This document shows positions 53,836 to 63,696 of a DNA stretch of 64,000 nt, in pieces (within the stretch, counting starts at the first letter, position 1; every line of letters begins with the position of its first letter). The notes under the pieces are model-generated. The model saw only the letters and a program-made list of their open reading frames with translations. It made no database searches and was not told where the DNA came from. Source of the DNA: Cyanidioschyzon merolae (taxonomy: Eukaryota); NCBI GenBank assembly GCA_000091205.1, contig AP006486.2; one strand, 5' to 3'. The position numbers were made by a program, and so were the translations under genes.

Positions 53836-56800
53836 CTACGACAACGTACCCGAAGTGATCTGCTCGAGAACACCTTGTTCCCAAGCCAGTTGGTAGAAAA
53901 GCGAGTCTCGACGCTGTAGCAACGACGCAGGTGACCCGCATTCGACAACACGCCCTGCGGCGAGACCGATGATGAGATCACAATCCAATATCGTATCCAT
54001 ACGATGTGCGATAATGAGGAGTGTCGAGCCCTGTAGGCAAGCTCGAATCGTCCGCTGGATCGCTCGATCTGTACGGTAATCAAGGTTCGCGGTACTCTCG
54101 TCCAGGACGAGGACACGAGGTCGCCGCAGAAGCACTCGTGCTAAACACAACAACTGCCGTTGGCCTGCGGACAAGTTAGAGCCACCCTCCGCAATGTGGG
54201 TATCTAACGACGGAAACCGGTTACTCGACTTCAACGCAGGCATACTCCGCGCCTGCTCTTCCTGCTGCTTGAGAGCGGCAGTGCTTGCACCATGCGCTGC
54301 GAGCGTTCCGTGCTCAGCAACTGCATCGGCGGCGTTCACGGCTGCATCGGTGCCGGTCTTCGTGTGGGCGCTCGTGTCGCCGTGGCGACAACCAGCCACA
54401 GCAGTTTTCGTCGCAGTTCGGTCCACAGCCGCCCACGCGGAATGCGTATCGTTTTCCGCCAGGCTAACGTACCGCAGCGCCTGCCACAACTCCGCGTCAG
54501 TATGGCGATGAAACGGATCCAGGTTTTCTCGGAGCGTTCCGCGGAAAAGAATGGTATCCTGGGTGACCATCGCAAGGCGTTCACGCAACTGCGCCACCCC
54601 GACTCGGCTGATATCGATCCCGTCCACGATGACGGCTCCGGCTTGTAGCGGATCGCCCACAGTGCGAAATAGCACCTGTGCAATGGAAGACTTGCCGGCA
54701 CCGGTGCGACCTATGAGACCAACCCGTTGTCCAGGAAGGATCGTAAACGACACCCCACGCAACGCTGGCGGCAACTCTGGTCGATAACGCATCCAGACGT
54801 CGCGAAACTCGACCCGTCCTTCGCTTGGCCAGTGCGCTGGAAGGGAGCCTTCGATGTACGCAGGCGCCTCACTGGGAATCTCCCAGAGGATGCGCTCCAC
54901 AGCGCTCATACCGTTCTCGACTTCGGTGGTCATCCGAACCAGCCATGAGAGTGTCTGCGTCACCAGGAGGCTATAGGTTATCGAAAGACCTGCCGCCGCC
55001 GGACTAAGGCTCCGGCGAAAGAGAAACACAGCGAGTGCAGTGGCGAACACCGTCATTGCACTGAGCATCTCCAGTCGGAAAGACAGCCAACGATTACAGG
55101 CAACGGAGTAGAGGTACGGCCGCATATGATCCGCCACTGCCTCGAGGAAGACCTGAACATGTTCTCGAACGAGTCCAAAAGCTCGAATGACTGGTATTCC
55201 GGCAGCTGTTTCTCCCATTCGTGCAAGGATTGGCGACTTGCTGAGCGCCTCGAGTCGTTTTAACTCGCGCGACGTACACAGATAGTAGCGCGAGAGGCGG
55301 TAATAGAGAATCCCAGTGGGTATCAGCACCAGGAGCATGACAGGCGTCACCGTGCTGGTCACCCAGACCACCCCCAAAACCTGAAGAATGCAGTTCAGGA
55401 AAGACAGCAGCGCATAGGGGAGGTCTTCATCGAGGGCGTCCTGATCTTTGCTGAAACGATTCAGGATCCGGCCCACGGGAGTTGTATCGAAGAACATCGT
55501 CGGTGCCCGCAGCACGACCTGCAGCAAGCGCGTGTGAAGACCAATTGCAGCAGACAGCGTACTCAAAGCTGCCAGAATGGACCGTGCTAACAACATCAGC
55601 AAGGTGGATAAATTCAGCAGGGCGTAAATCCCCAGATAGAAAGATGTCGCGTGGAGTACGCGCTGCGAATCCGACCGAGACGTCTCAGCTGCGCGTTCAC
55701 GACTCGGACGGTTCGGGAACCCCCAGAATATGCTTTGCTTCCACGAGCGTCCTTGCTGGTAGCGTGATGTAAGCGCATCTGCACAAGAGCGATGTTGTTG
55801 GTACTGTTGCCACCCTCTGTGCTCCTGATCCGGAGTTAGCACAGAGACAACTTGATGCTCTTCGGCAGCGAGATGTGATCCAGAAGGCGTCATAAGATTT
55901 TGGATACGGGTTCGCACCCCTGGAGACATTTTCGGGACATGCCCAAGCCCTGGGGCACCCGTAGGCAACCCAGAGGGCGTAGAGGGGTTTCGCTTATCGG
56001 CACCAGTTCGTTGCGCAGCGCTGGTGGCAGCTCGCGAGCCCGCCTCAGACCAGATACCAAGCCATGAATCTGTTCCGATGCGGAAAACCTGTGCCAACAC
56101 TGACGCCAAAATCGTTACTGCTAACAGGAACCGACCTGCTGCTGCAAAGTACGCGAGGTAAACAGTCCTTTTCACGGATCCGGTTTCTCGATTCTCTGCT
56201 GTAACCAGTTGATGGGAGGTAGTGCCTGGGGCTTCGGGCATCGACTCGGGATCCGCAGACGGGGCTGCACCATCTGCAGGACTCTCGTGGTTGCTCGCCA
56301 CCGCGTACGTCGCCCTAGACCGCAACGCATACTTGTCGTTGTCATTGTTGTCAGCGAACTGGTCGAACGCATTGCCTTTCGCGTGCGGCGTCGCCCCTTG
56401 CTCTATGCCAGGTCGCGACGACTGCGCTATCGACACTTCGCTCAGGGGCAGGTCTCCGACAGCGTGTTCCGCAGCGAGTGCATCTTCAGGGGCGCCACGC
56501 CCAGCACCAGCAGTAGCATCAATAGTGCCCAGCGGGAAAGAGCCTGATACCTCCAGCTCATTGCTGTGTTCCATGACGAGTGGCTCCGCTGCCCGCGACG
56601 TTGGCACTCGAAAAGCACCCGCTTTGTCGCCGGAAGCTAACAGCTGTTTCTCATCGTTCTCGGCATCCGACAAAAGCGATACCTGTATGGGGGACGCTTG
56701 CTGATCCCGGGGCTTCCCCCTGGGGATCCTCAGCGGTTGCGGACGAACGCTGTGCCGCTGAATGCGTCCGCCCGCAAGTTCGATCACCAGGTCGGCACGA

Positions 56801-59800
56801 GAAAGCCACTGGCGGTGGTGTGTTACCAGGATTCGGGTGCGACCTCGAGCCAGCGGGCCGCACAGCGCTCGCTCAAACAGAACACGACCCACAGTGGCAT
56901 CTACTGCAGACAGCGGGTCATCCAGCAGCAAGAGTGAGGCGCATGAGTAGAGTGCTCGCGCCAAGGCAACTCGCGCTTTCTGACCACCGCTCAAGTTGAT
57001 GCCTTTGCTCCCAATCTCTGTGCGGTCTCCGGCGGGCATCTGGGCAAGGTCGTCGACCAGCGCTGTGGCCTCGAGCACTTCCCGGTACCTTTGTTCGTCC
57101 AGAGGTGTGTAGAAGAGGATATTCTCGCGGAGCGAGGCGTTCATGAGATACGCCTCCTGTGGACAATAGCCGATCGTCGTTGGTCGAACGAGGTGATGGG
57201 CGCCCTGGTACGACGAAGCAAACGACCGGGTTGTTTTGGCTTCGAAAGTGGTGCTCATCGCAGCCTCCACAGTCGCTGGATAGCCATACAGCTCACCGAG
57301 AATGGCCAGTAACAGAGAGGATTTTCCACTTCCGACCTCACCACAAATGAGCACAAGTTGTCCGCGCTGAATCTGCAACGTGATATCGTGGAGCACCCAC
57401 GATAAAGTTCCCTGACCTGGAGACGCTTCAGTCATCTCCGGGGTATTTTTCAGCGCATTTTTCCGAGACGGAACGGTGCCTGCCTGATTTGTAGCGAAAG
57501 GCCCGGCGCCCGTATTCGTGTCCGTATCCATATCCATAATCGTATCCATATCCGGATCACATGCGGCTGCGTTGCGGAACGTTTGCCCCAGATGCACAGA
57601 TGCCGTCGTCTGGTCAACGGCCTTGTCGTCGGGCACTAGGCCGCCATGGACACCCTGAACGACACTGCCCTCATAGGTCGAACGGTCTACGTCATTGTGC
57701 TTGGCTCCGAATGAACACGATACTGCATCGAGATTCTGAATTGACGCTGCCAGTTCATGGCGGGGCACCAATAGTGATGATCCACCCATAGACGACTGCC
57801 CAGATGCGCTACTGTGTACACTAGGTACTCCCAGAAGCAGCGATGCATCAAGCTGCATCGGCAGAGGCTCAAAAGCGTACGACATGTGGCGTAGCGAAAT
57901 CACCACGTCGTCGCCTGGAGCTTCCATTCCAGGCGTCGCTTCGTTCCAGTGCCCTGCGCGGAAACTCGTACCATACGGAGGAAGCAATCGACTTGCAGTT
58001 GTCTGCCGCTGATGCAGACGAGACTCTTGGTGTTCTTGCAGCGATGTGGATCGCGCTGCGGATGTATCCGATAAAAAGGGCAGTGAAGGCACTCGCAACA
58101 ACTCAGAACCCGGTGTCTCGCGGGTTGCAGCTGACCCTGCGTCAATAAACAATGAAGCCTCTGCCGGTGCATCAGTGGATCGCATCGTTTCGGTACCTGC
58201 AACAGGAAAATGTGTCACGTCTGCTGCTGCTGCTTTGGATGCGCTCTGCGAGTTTGCCACACGATCAAGTCCGTTCGCTGGTCCACCCCCGAGGAAACTA
58301 CTGGTCGCCTTTCGAGCAACGGATGGCCGTCCAGCGAGCGTCTCGGATACCTCAGTGCCGCTCGAAGCAGAATCCGTTTCCACTGCATCCAACGCGAACC
58401 GCTCCGGTACCTCATAGTGACAGAGAAAGGCCTGGATCCGCCGTAGACTCACAGCGGCGTCCATAAGGGAACTGAGCACGTCCGGAAAAACACTCAGCGG
58501 GAAACGCAAGATATTGAAGAGCGTCAGCGCTCCAAAGGCAGTTGCGGGCGTCAAACGCTGCGCGCTGGGGCCCACACCCATGCAGCCAAAAGTTACCAGC
58601 GCCGTTGCGACAGGCGCAGCAGCCCAAGAAAAGTTCGAGAACGCTTCTAAAAGTTGTTTGCGACGCAAAACTTGCGTCTCCCGCAGCCTCGCTTCCTGAA
58701 CGCGTTCAAAAAAGGCCTGCTCCCAGCCCATGATCTTGATCTGTCGAATACCCGACAAGATTTCATGGAGCAGTCGAATCCGTTCATCTTTGCGTTCCAT
58801 CAGCGCTCGACTTTGTTGCCCAATTAAGCGAGCTACCCAGCCATTTAGCGGAATAAGCGCCGCCATGAACAGGAAGCCCGCAAAGGCCGCCATACCTACC
58901 ACTCGATACAAGCACACCATGGCGATGATGATCTGCAACGGACCAGACCAAATGATGTGCAGGTACGGGGTCAGGTCCACGGTTGCGCGTTGGGTATCCA
59001 CTGCCAACAGATTCACAATGTCTCCAGCTCCGTAATGGTTGCGGGCGCAAACACTCAACCGAAGTGTCTTGCGATAAATGGCATCCATGAGTGCAGCCCG
59101 TGCCTGCATCCCAACGCGGTAATTCATATGGAAATACTGGTGTAGGCAGATCGATTGCAACATTGGAGCAGTGAAAAGTGCTAGCACGCAGAGCATGCCT
59201 TCAAGAGAGCTTTCTTCGTGTGCACCACGCGACAAGAACTGCAGCATGCGTTCCAGCGCTAGTGGCCCTACAAAGTTCAGCAGATCATAGCACAGCTTGA
59301 GTGGTGCAGAACCCAGACAGCGCCCTCCGAACGCGTCTAACAGGGCCAGCACGACCGCTCCGAGACCTTGTTCCGGTCGCTTCGGTACGACATCTTCGCG
59401 GCATTCAGTAGATACGCTCAGAGGACGCGGTGACTTCGCAACGGTATGCGGTGAAGCCAGAAACGCTTCGTGGTTTGTTTGCTCCTCCTCGGGATCTGTG
59501 GGCGACATCGCTACTCCAGACCTGTGCAGTATCCAAAGGCGAAGCTGTGAAAAGAGCCCGCAAATGCCACGCGGATGAGGTACGTGCGGCGCTTCACGCG
59601 TGGCTCGACCCTGGCTATGGTCACGAGCACGGGGCCGGTACTGGTGGCGTTCACAGCGGCGTTTCCAGGTTTCCTGGAACCGAGCACTAATCCTAGTAGG
59701 ATCATCGATGCTGGGCAAGGACCACAAGTCGTCCAGTTCCAAAGGTTTGATTTTTCCCAGTTCTAGAAGTGCATTCAGCCAGCGGAACGTGATTCGCGTC

Positions 59801-60003
59801 CACAGTCCAGCGTCCTGCTCAGGACAGCGCAGGGCGGCACAGACGAGCCGCTCCTGTGGGAACTGCCAACTGGATGGCGCTCTACCTGGACCATTTTCTG
59901 TCCACAAAAAAGTCTCTTTCTCTTCGACGAGTCGAAACGTCTCCTCGTCGTCGATAGAAGCAGGCAACTGCGCAGGAGACGTCGCCGCTGCTCCCGTGGG
60001 CAT
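53836..60003 (-). CDS. ABCC/MRP-type full ABC transporter (TMD-NBD-TMD-NBD), 2055 aa
   Basis: NBD1 has Walker A 'GEVGSGKSSLLLAILGEL', signature 'LSGGQKARVALARALY' and Walker B 'LLLLDDPLSAVD'. NBD2 has 'GRTGAGKSSIAQVLFR', 'LSAGQRQLLCLARVLLRRPRVLVLDESTANLD' and 'LIIAHRMDTI'. Multiple hydrophobic TM blocks are present. There are long low-complexity inserts between NBD1 and TMD2 and inside NBD2. Confidence 0.95.
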   Translation of the reverse strand: MPTGAAATSPAQLPASIDDEETFRLVEEKETFLWTENGPGRAPSSWQFPQERLVCAALRCPEQDAGLWTRITFRWLNALLELGKIKPLELDDLWSLPSIDDPTRISARFQETWKRRCERHQYRPRARDHSQGRATREAPHVPHPRGICGLFSQLRLWILHRSGVAMSPTDPEEEQTNHEAFLASPHTVAKSPRPLSVSTECREDVVPKRPEQGLGAVVLALLDAFGGRCLGSAPLKLCYDLLNFVGPLALERMLQFLSRGAHEESSLEGMLCVLALFTAPMLQSICLHQYFHMNYRVGMQARAALMDAIYRKTLRLSVCARNHYGAGDIVNLLAVDTQRATVDLTPYLHIIWSGPLQIIIAMVCLYRVVGMAAFAGFLFMAALIPLNGWVARLIGQQSRALMERKDERIRLLHEILSGIRQIKIMGWEQAFFERVQEARLRETQVLRRKQLLEAFSNFSWAAAPVATALVTFGCMGVGPSAQRLTPATAFGALTLFNILRFPLSVFPDVLSSLMDAAVSLRRIQAFLCHYEVPERFALDAVETDSASSGTEVSETLAGRPSVARKATSSFLGGGPANGLDRVANSQSASKAAAADVTHFPVAGTETMRSTDAPAEASLFIDAGSAATRETPGSELLRVPSLPFLSDTSAARSTSLQEHQESRLHQRQTTASRLLPPYGTSFRAGHWNEATPGMEAPGDDVVISLRHMSYAFEPLPMQLDASLLLGVPSVHSSASGQSSMGGSSLLVPRHELAASIQNLDAVSCSFGAKHNDVDRSTYEGSVVQGVHGGLVPDDKAVDQTTASVHLGQTFRNAAACDPDMDTIMDMDTDTNTGAGPFATNQAGTVPSRKNALKNTPEMTEASPGQGTLSWVLHDITLQIQRGQLVLICGEVGSGKSSLLLAILGELYGYPATVEAAMSTTFEAKTTRSFASSYQGAHHLVRPTTIGYCPQEAYLMNASLRENILFYTPLDEQRYREVLEATALVDDLAQMPAGDRTEIGSKGINLSGGQKARVALARALYSCASLLLLDDPLSAVDATVGRVLFERALCGPLARGRTRILVTHHRQWLSRADLVIELAGGRIQRHSVRPQPLRIPRGKPRDQQASPIQVSLLSDAENDEKQLLASGDKAGAFRVPTSRAAEPLVMEHSNELEVSGSFPLGTIDATAGAGRGAPEDALAAEHAVGDLPLSEVSIAQSSRPGIEQGATPHAKGNAFDQFADNNDNDKYALRSRATYAVASNHESPADGAAPSADPESMPEAPGTTSHQLVTAENRETGSVKRTVYLAYFAAAGRFLLAVTILASVLAQVFRIGTDSWLGIWSEAGSRAATSAAQRTGADKRNPSTPSGLPTGAPGLGHVPKMSPGVRTRIQNLMTPSGSHLAAEEHQVVSVLTPDQEHRGWQQYQQHRSCADALTSRYQQGRSWKQSIFWGFPNRPSRERAAETSRSDSQRVLHATSFYLGIYALLNLSTLLMLLARSILAALSTLSAAIGLHTRLLQVVLRAPTMFFDTTPVGRILNRFSKDQDALDEDLPYALLSFLNCILQVLGVVWVTSTVTPVMLLVLIPTGILYYRLSRYYLCTSRELKRLEALSKSPILARMGETAAGIPVIRAFGLVREHVQVFLEAVADHMRPYLYSVACNRWLSFRLEMLSAMTVFATALAVFLFRRSLSPAAAGLSITYSLLVTQTLSWLVRMTTEVENGMSAVERILWEIPSEAPAYIEGSLPAHWPSEGRVEFRDVWMRYRPELPPALRGVSFTILPGQRVGLIGRTGAGKSSIAQVLFRTVGDPLQAGAVIVDGIDISRVGVAQLRERLAMVTQDTILFRGTLRENLDPFHRHTDAELWQALRYVSLAENDTHSAWAAVDRTATKTAVAGCRHGDTSAHTKTGTDAAVNAADAVAEHGTLAAHGASTAALKQQEEQARSMPALKSSNRFPSLDTHIAEGGSNLSAGQRQLLCLARVLLRRPRVLVLDESTANLDYRTDRAIQRTIRACLQGSTLLIIAHRMDTILDCDLIIGLAAGRVVECGSPASLLQRRDSLFYQLAWEQGVLEQITSGTLS

Positions 60004-60149
60004 CTTCCGGCGCTGATGGTGTCGTGTTCCCAGTAAGCAAGGTGAAAGGCAATGCAGTTCAGAGTTGAAACTTTTTCTCTACAATTCCGTCAGTGCAAAG
60101 CGAATGCTGTCCAGTGTTCAGCCTTGATGTTAGATATCCACACGCGTGA

Positions 60150-60551
60150 CGCCTAGTCCTGATGGAGAGTCCACAGACAGTCAGAGCAGCGAACAATGTT
60201 TGCGATTTGCGAGGGTTCATGAGTACCCATGCCCAGACGCCTCCTAGTCATTTTTGACCGGTCGCCTGTTATCGGTTCCTGTGCTTATCCAGGTACGCTT
60301 CGGGCTTGAGAGGCTGTACCATAATGTTAGGTCGTCTTCAGCACCACACATCGTCTAATGTTGATAGCAGCGTTGAAGACTCGGTGGACAAAGTCCGTGC
60401 GTTTATTGCCGCGGCTTGGACTCATCCATTTAAGGATTGTTAGAACTCGTTCCTTCAGTGCGACTACAGTCTCGTCATCGTGCTGTCGGACAGGCGCCAA
60501 TTCCCGTGTATCTCCCCTTTTCTTGGTCCTCTTCGCGCGATGGTAGGCCAC
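60150..60551 (-). mobile_element. TnpB/Fanzor-like element fragment (RuvC-III and tail) directly upstream of, and co-oriented with, the ABCC gene
   Basis: ORF 60327..60551(-) ends with 'TDFVHRVFNAAINIRRCVVLKTT'. Downstream on the minus strand, 'MTRRRLGMG' resembles the 'GGRSKKLGRVC / SGRRLHDS' tails of the other copies. Confidence 0.5.
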
Positions 60552-60843
60552 GAGAGGATTTTTTCATTTTTTGTCGAAACCGGGGATGACGGCTCTCCTG
60601 CATCCAGACGTCCATGTCTATACATTTCGCTTGGATTTTTAATTTCTCCAAATGAACGCACTTCGAAAACGTCTGCTATAAACTGCGACAAAGCATTTGA
60701 TGACATGCACCTGGATGCGGCGTAAAATTGAGGTGAAAGACAACAAGCAAAGTGTCCATAAAAGAAGGACAGCGTGTTTATCGTGCTGAACAGCTACGTT
60801 GCCTTTCCCAACCAGGATGATGAAACGTCTTCCACACGATCGC

Positions 60844-63132
60844 TTATCGATTCAGATGTCGAATATAGAGTAGCGCCAGCGTGTTCGCGATACGGAAAAG
60901 CGCATAGAATCCAGCCACCGCTCCGATATCGATCCATTTCCAGTTCGCATGGAGTCCAAATTCTTCAATAATCTGGCGCCCATTGGTCACGGGGCAATAG
61001 CGGCAACACGCCACCGAGCCGTTTGCTACTGTAACGCCCGCAGCCGCACATACCGAAGCACTGGTTTCGTTGTAATAGTTCAGCGTGCCACCGTCGCTGC
61101 AGTCGCCGTTGAAACTCGGTGGTAACGGGAAGAACCGAAACTCACCAGGGTCGCAGTGAAAGGCCACGTTATCCACACAGGCGACGACGACTCCTTCGAG
61201 CGCCCATCGGTAGGGGTCAGCGTAGTAGGCCCACCAGAGCCAATGAGGAATATCCGGATACGGCTGCAAGAAGCCAGAGAACACGTTCATTAGCGGGATC
61301 AACATACCCACGATCATGACACCAACGACCTGAGAGCTCAACAACGCGGCCAAGAGTTGACCGAGACTCGTCGTGAACAAACTAAACAGGATATTCATCA
61401 GCAAAAAGTAGCCATACTGCGCAGCAGGGTAGCCTACCATGAAGAAAACTAAAAGCGTGAAAATGACGGAACCTACAATCGTGTAGGGGATTTCCGCAAT
61501 GCCAATAGCAAACGCATAGGCGATGGGTTTGTAGGTGCCAGAAGCGATCTCTCGATAGAAAGCTGCTCTTTCCTGAAAAGTCGGCCCCAGCACGTTCTGG
61601 ATTAGAAATACGCCATACAGTAGAGATAAATAGACTACAGAGACGTAAGAGTCCAGCGCGGTATTATTTCGTGGCAACTTGAGGAAGAAGAGTCCGATCA
61701 TGAGACCCAGAGCGACTGCGAGCACCATGCGCGAGAAGTTGTACGTTGGGGTGCGCCAGTAGGAGATGAGCTGTCGAATGGTCACGTAGTACGCACGTCG
61801 CCACTGCTGTCGTCGAGTCGGCGGCTTGTATGTTAACGTGTACCTTCCTCGAGATGTCTTTTTCAGCTCTTCAAGCTTTTCAAGAGCAGCTTTGCACTCC
61901 TGCGAGTCTTGCCAGATGTCCGCCCAGTCTCGCATTTGCGCTTTGCGTTTCGAATCAATTCCACCACCAATAACGCGCAGCATATAGTCCGCGGGGTTGG
62001 TCATGTCGTCGATTGGCTCTGCACCATTGCGTGCAAAGTAGGAAGTCATGGAAGTACACGCATCACCGAGTTCTCCAAAGTAGACAGTTCGGCCACCGGA
62101 CCTCATCAGGAGCAGGTCGTCGAATGCACCAAACACTTCAAAAGATGGTTGATGGATAACCGAAACAACGGCGCAGTCGTTGTCCGCGAGTGCTCGGATG
62201 GCTCTCATCACTCGCAGTGCCGATCGGGCGTCAAGTCCAGAAGTCGGCTCGTCGAGGAAGTACAACGATGCGTTTGCCGCATACTCCACGGCAATGGAGA
62301 GGCGCTTCCTCGCATCACTACTGATCACGCCAGATGCTTCCGAATCGGCCTCGCTCCCGACTAGTCGATTTCGATCAACACTCAAGTTCATTATTTCAAG
62401 AATATACTCCGTAAACTGTTTGGCAACACTATCTGGAGTGCCTGGAGGTAAACGAGTACGTGCAGCGAAGAGCACCGCCTCGTGGACCGTTTGTTTGCTT
62501 ATATGCAGGTCGCGCTGCTCGACGTATCCCATAAAATGCGTCAGAAAACTGTAATCGACAGGTTCCCCATTAACACATATCTCGCCTGCGATACGCCCTT
62601 TGGTTTTGCGGTTCGCGAGCACATCGAGCAAGGTTGACTTTCCTGCGCCCGACGCACCACAGAGCGCAAGCAGACGGCGCGGCTGCGCGAACCCGAAAAC
62701 ATCGTACAGTAGTTGCAGTTCGCCGTCCTCTGCGTCGGAATGCGCGTCTACATGAGCCACTTGTTCGGTTTGTGGTGGCGGTTGAGGTGCTTCGGTTGAT
62801 GAGCCCGACTCAAGGTCCCGTTCTGCTTCAACCTCCTTCACTGTGGCCGCTTTGCTTTCTTTAACTTTTTTACGACGAACCAACTTCTGCAGTGAACGTT
62901 TTTCTTTGAGTTTAGGAACCGGAACCCAGTACGAAATTCCCTTCCATGTGAATATAAGAGGTTGCGGTTCCAAGACAGCACGCTCAACGTGCAGCGCAGC
63001 CGGGTCTATGGAAAAGCTCGAAGCCTGGCCAAAACTCGTGACCTGCTCTTGTGAGATGCTGTACTCACTGATAGAACGTGGATTTACAGAGTCGTCACCG
63101 TGGCGTCGCGGGTACTCCCTTGACGTCGCCAT
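60844..63132 (-). CDS. ABCG (White-type) half-transporter, NBD then TMD
   Basis: It has Walker A 'LALCGASGAGKSTLLDVLANRKTKGRIAGEICVNG', Q-loop 'GYVEQRD', an ABC-signature region 'GVISSDARKRLSIAVE' (see findings), Walker B 'LYFLDEPTSGLD' and an H-loop 'VVSVIHQPS'. The C-terminal half has six predicted TM segments, plus the ABCG-typical extracellular loop with Cys. Confidence 0.9.
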   Translation of the reverse strand: MATSREYPRRHGDDSVNPRSISEYSISQEQVTSFGQASSFSIDPAALHVERAVLEPQPLIFTWKGISYWVPVPKLKEKRSLQKLVRRKKVKESKAATVKEVEAERDLESGSSTEAPQPPPQTEQVAHVDAHSDAEDGELQLLYDVFGFAQPRRLLALCGASGAGKSTLLDVLANRKTKGRIAGEICVNGEPVDYSFLTHFMGYVEQRDLHISKQTVHEAVLFAARTRLPPGTPDSVAKQFTEYILEIMNLSVDRNRLVGSEADSEASGVISSDARKRLSIAVEYAANASLYFLDEPTSGLDARSALRVMRAIRALADNDCAVVSVIHQPSFEVFGAFDDLLLMRSGGRTVYFGELGDACTSMTSYFARNGAEPIDDMTNPADYMLRVIGGGIDSKRKAQMRDWADIWQDSQECKAALEKLEELKKTSRGRYTLTYKPPTRRQQWRRAYYVTIRQLISYWRTPTYNFSRMVLAVALGLMIGLFFLKLPRNNTALDSYVSVVYLSLLYGVFLIQNVLGPTFQERAAFYREIASGTYKPIAYAFAIGIAEIPYTIVGSVIFTLLVFFMVGYPAAQYGYFLLMNILFSLFTTSLGQLLAALLSSQVVGVMIVGMLIPLMNVFSGFLQPYPDIPHWLWWAYYADPYRWALEGVVVACVDNVAFHCDPGEFRFFPLPPSFNGDCSDGGTLNYYNETSASVCAAAGVTVANGSVACCRYCPVTNGRQIIEEFGLHANWKWIDIGAVAGFYALFRIANTLALLYIRHLNR

Positions 63133-63344
63133 GAGGTCTTTCAGGACTCGAACGAAAGTCGGCGTTGCAAACGCGCCGTCAAGTCACGCACCCTGGCCAC
63201 AAAGTGGAAAACCTACCCACGCCTTGAGTTCAGTGGAGAACACCGTCTTCGACTTTGCAAAGTCAAAAATCAAACACTACGCACCCAGTCTATCACAGGG
63301 AAACTGCACGGTTACTATGCAGGGCGGCAAACAGCCACAGTGCA

Positions 63345-63420
63345 CATACACACACAGAGAGAGGGAGAGAGAGAGAAAGAAAGACGTTGCGCACTGGTGA
63401 TGCGTGCTCCACAGCTGTAT

Positions 63421-63463
<43 letters not shown>

Positions 63464-63466
63464 CGT
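63345..63466. repeat. Compound microsatellite (CA)n-(GA/GAGG)n ... (GCAC)11
   Basis: The sequence reads 'cacatacacacacagagagagggagagagagagaaagaaag' followed by 'gcacgcacgcacgcac...'. It lies about 200-330 bp upstream of the ABCG start codon (minus strand). Confidence 0.9.
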
Positions 63467-63696
63467 GCGACACACCAACGTCGAATTGCGTGCGGCTCCA
63501 GAAGGCGTCGCTGCGACTCTAGATCACATCTCTCCCTTCGTCACCGCGCACGAATTACGGTTTCGTGGCGACTGGCGTACGCGAATAACGCACCGCGCTT
63601 TGGAGGGCGGTTCCTTCGATTATTATATGCTTTTCCTCGTTTAGTTTTTGAGAAAGGAACGTTCGCCTGGCCTTACACGTGCGGAGCAATACGATA

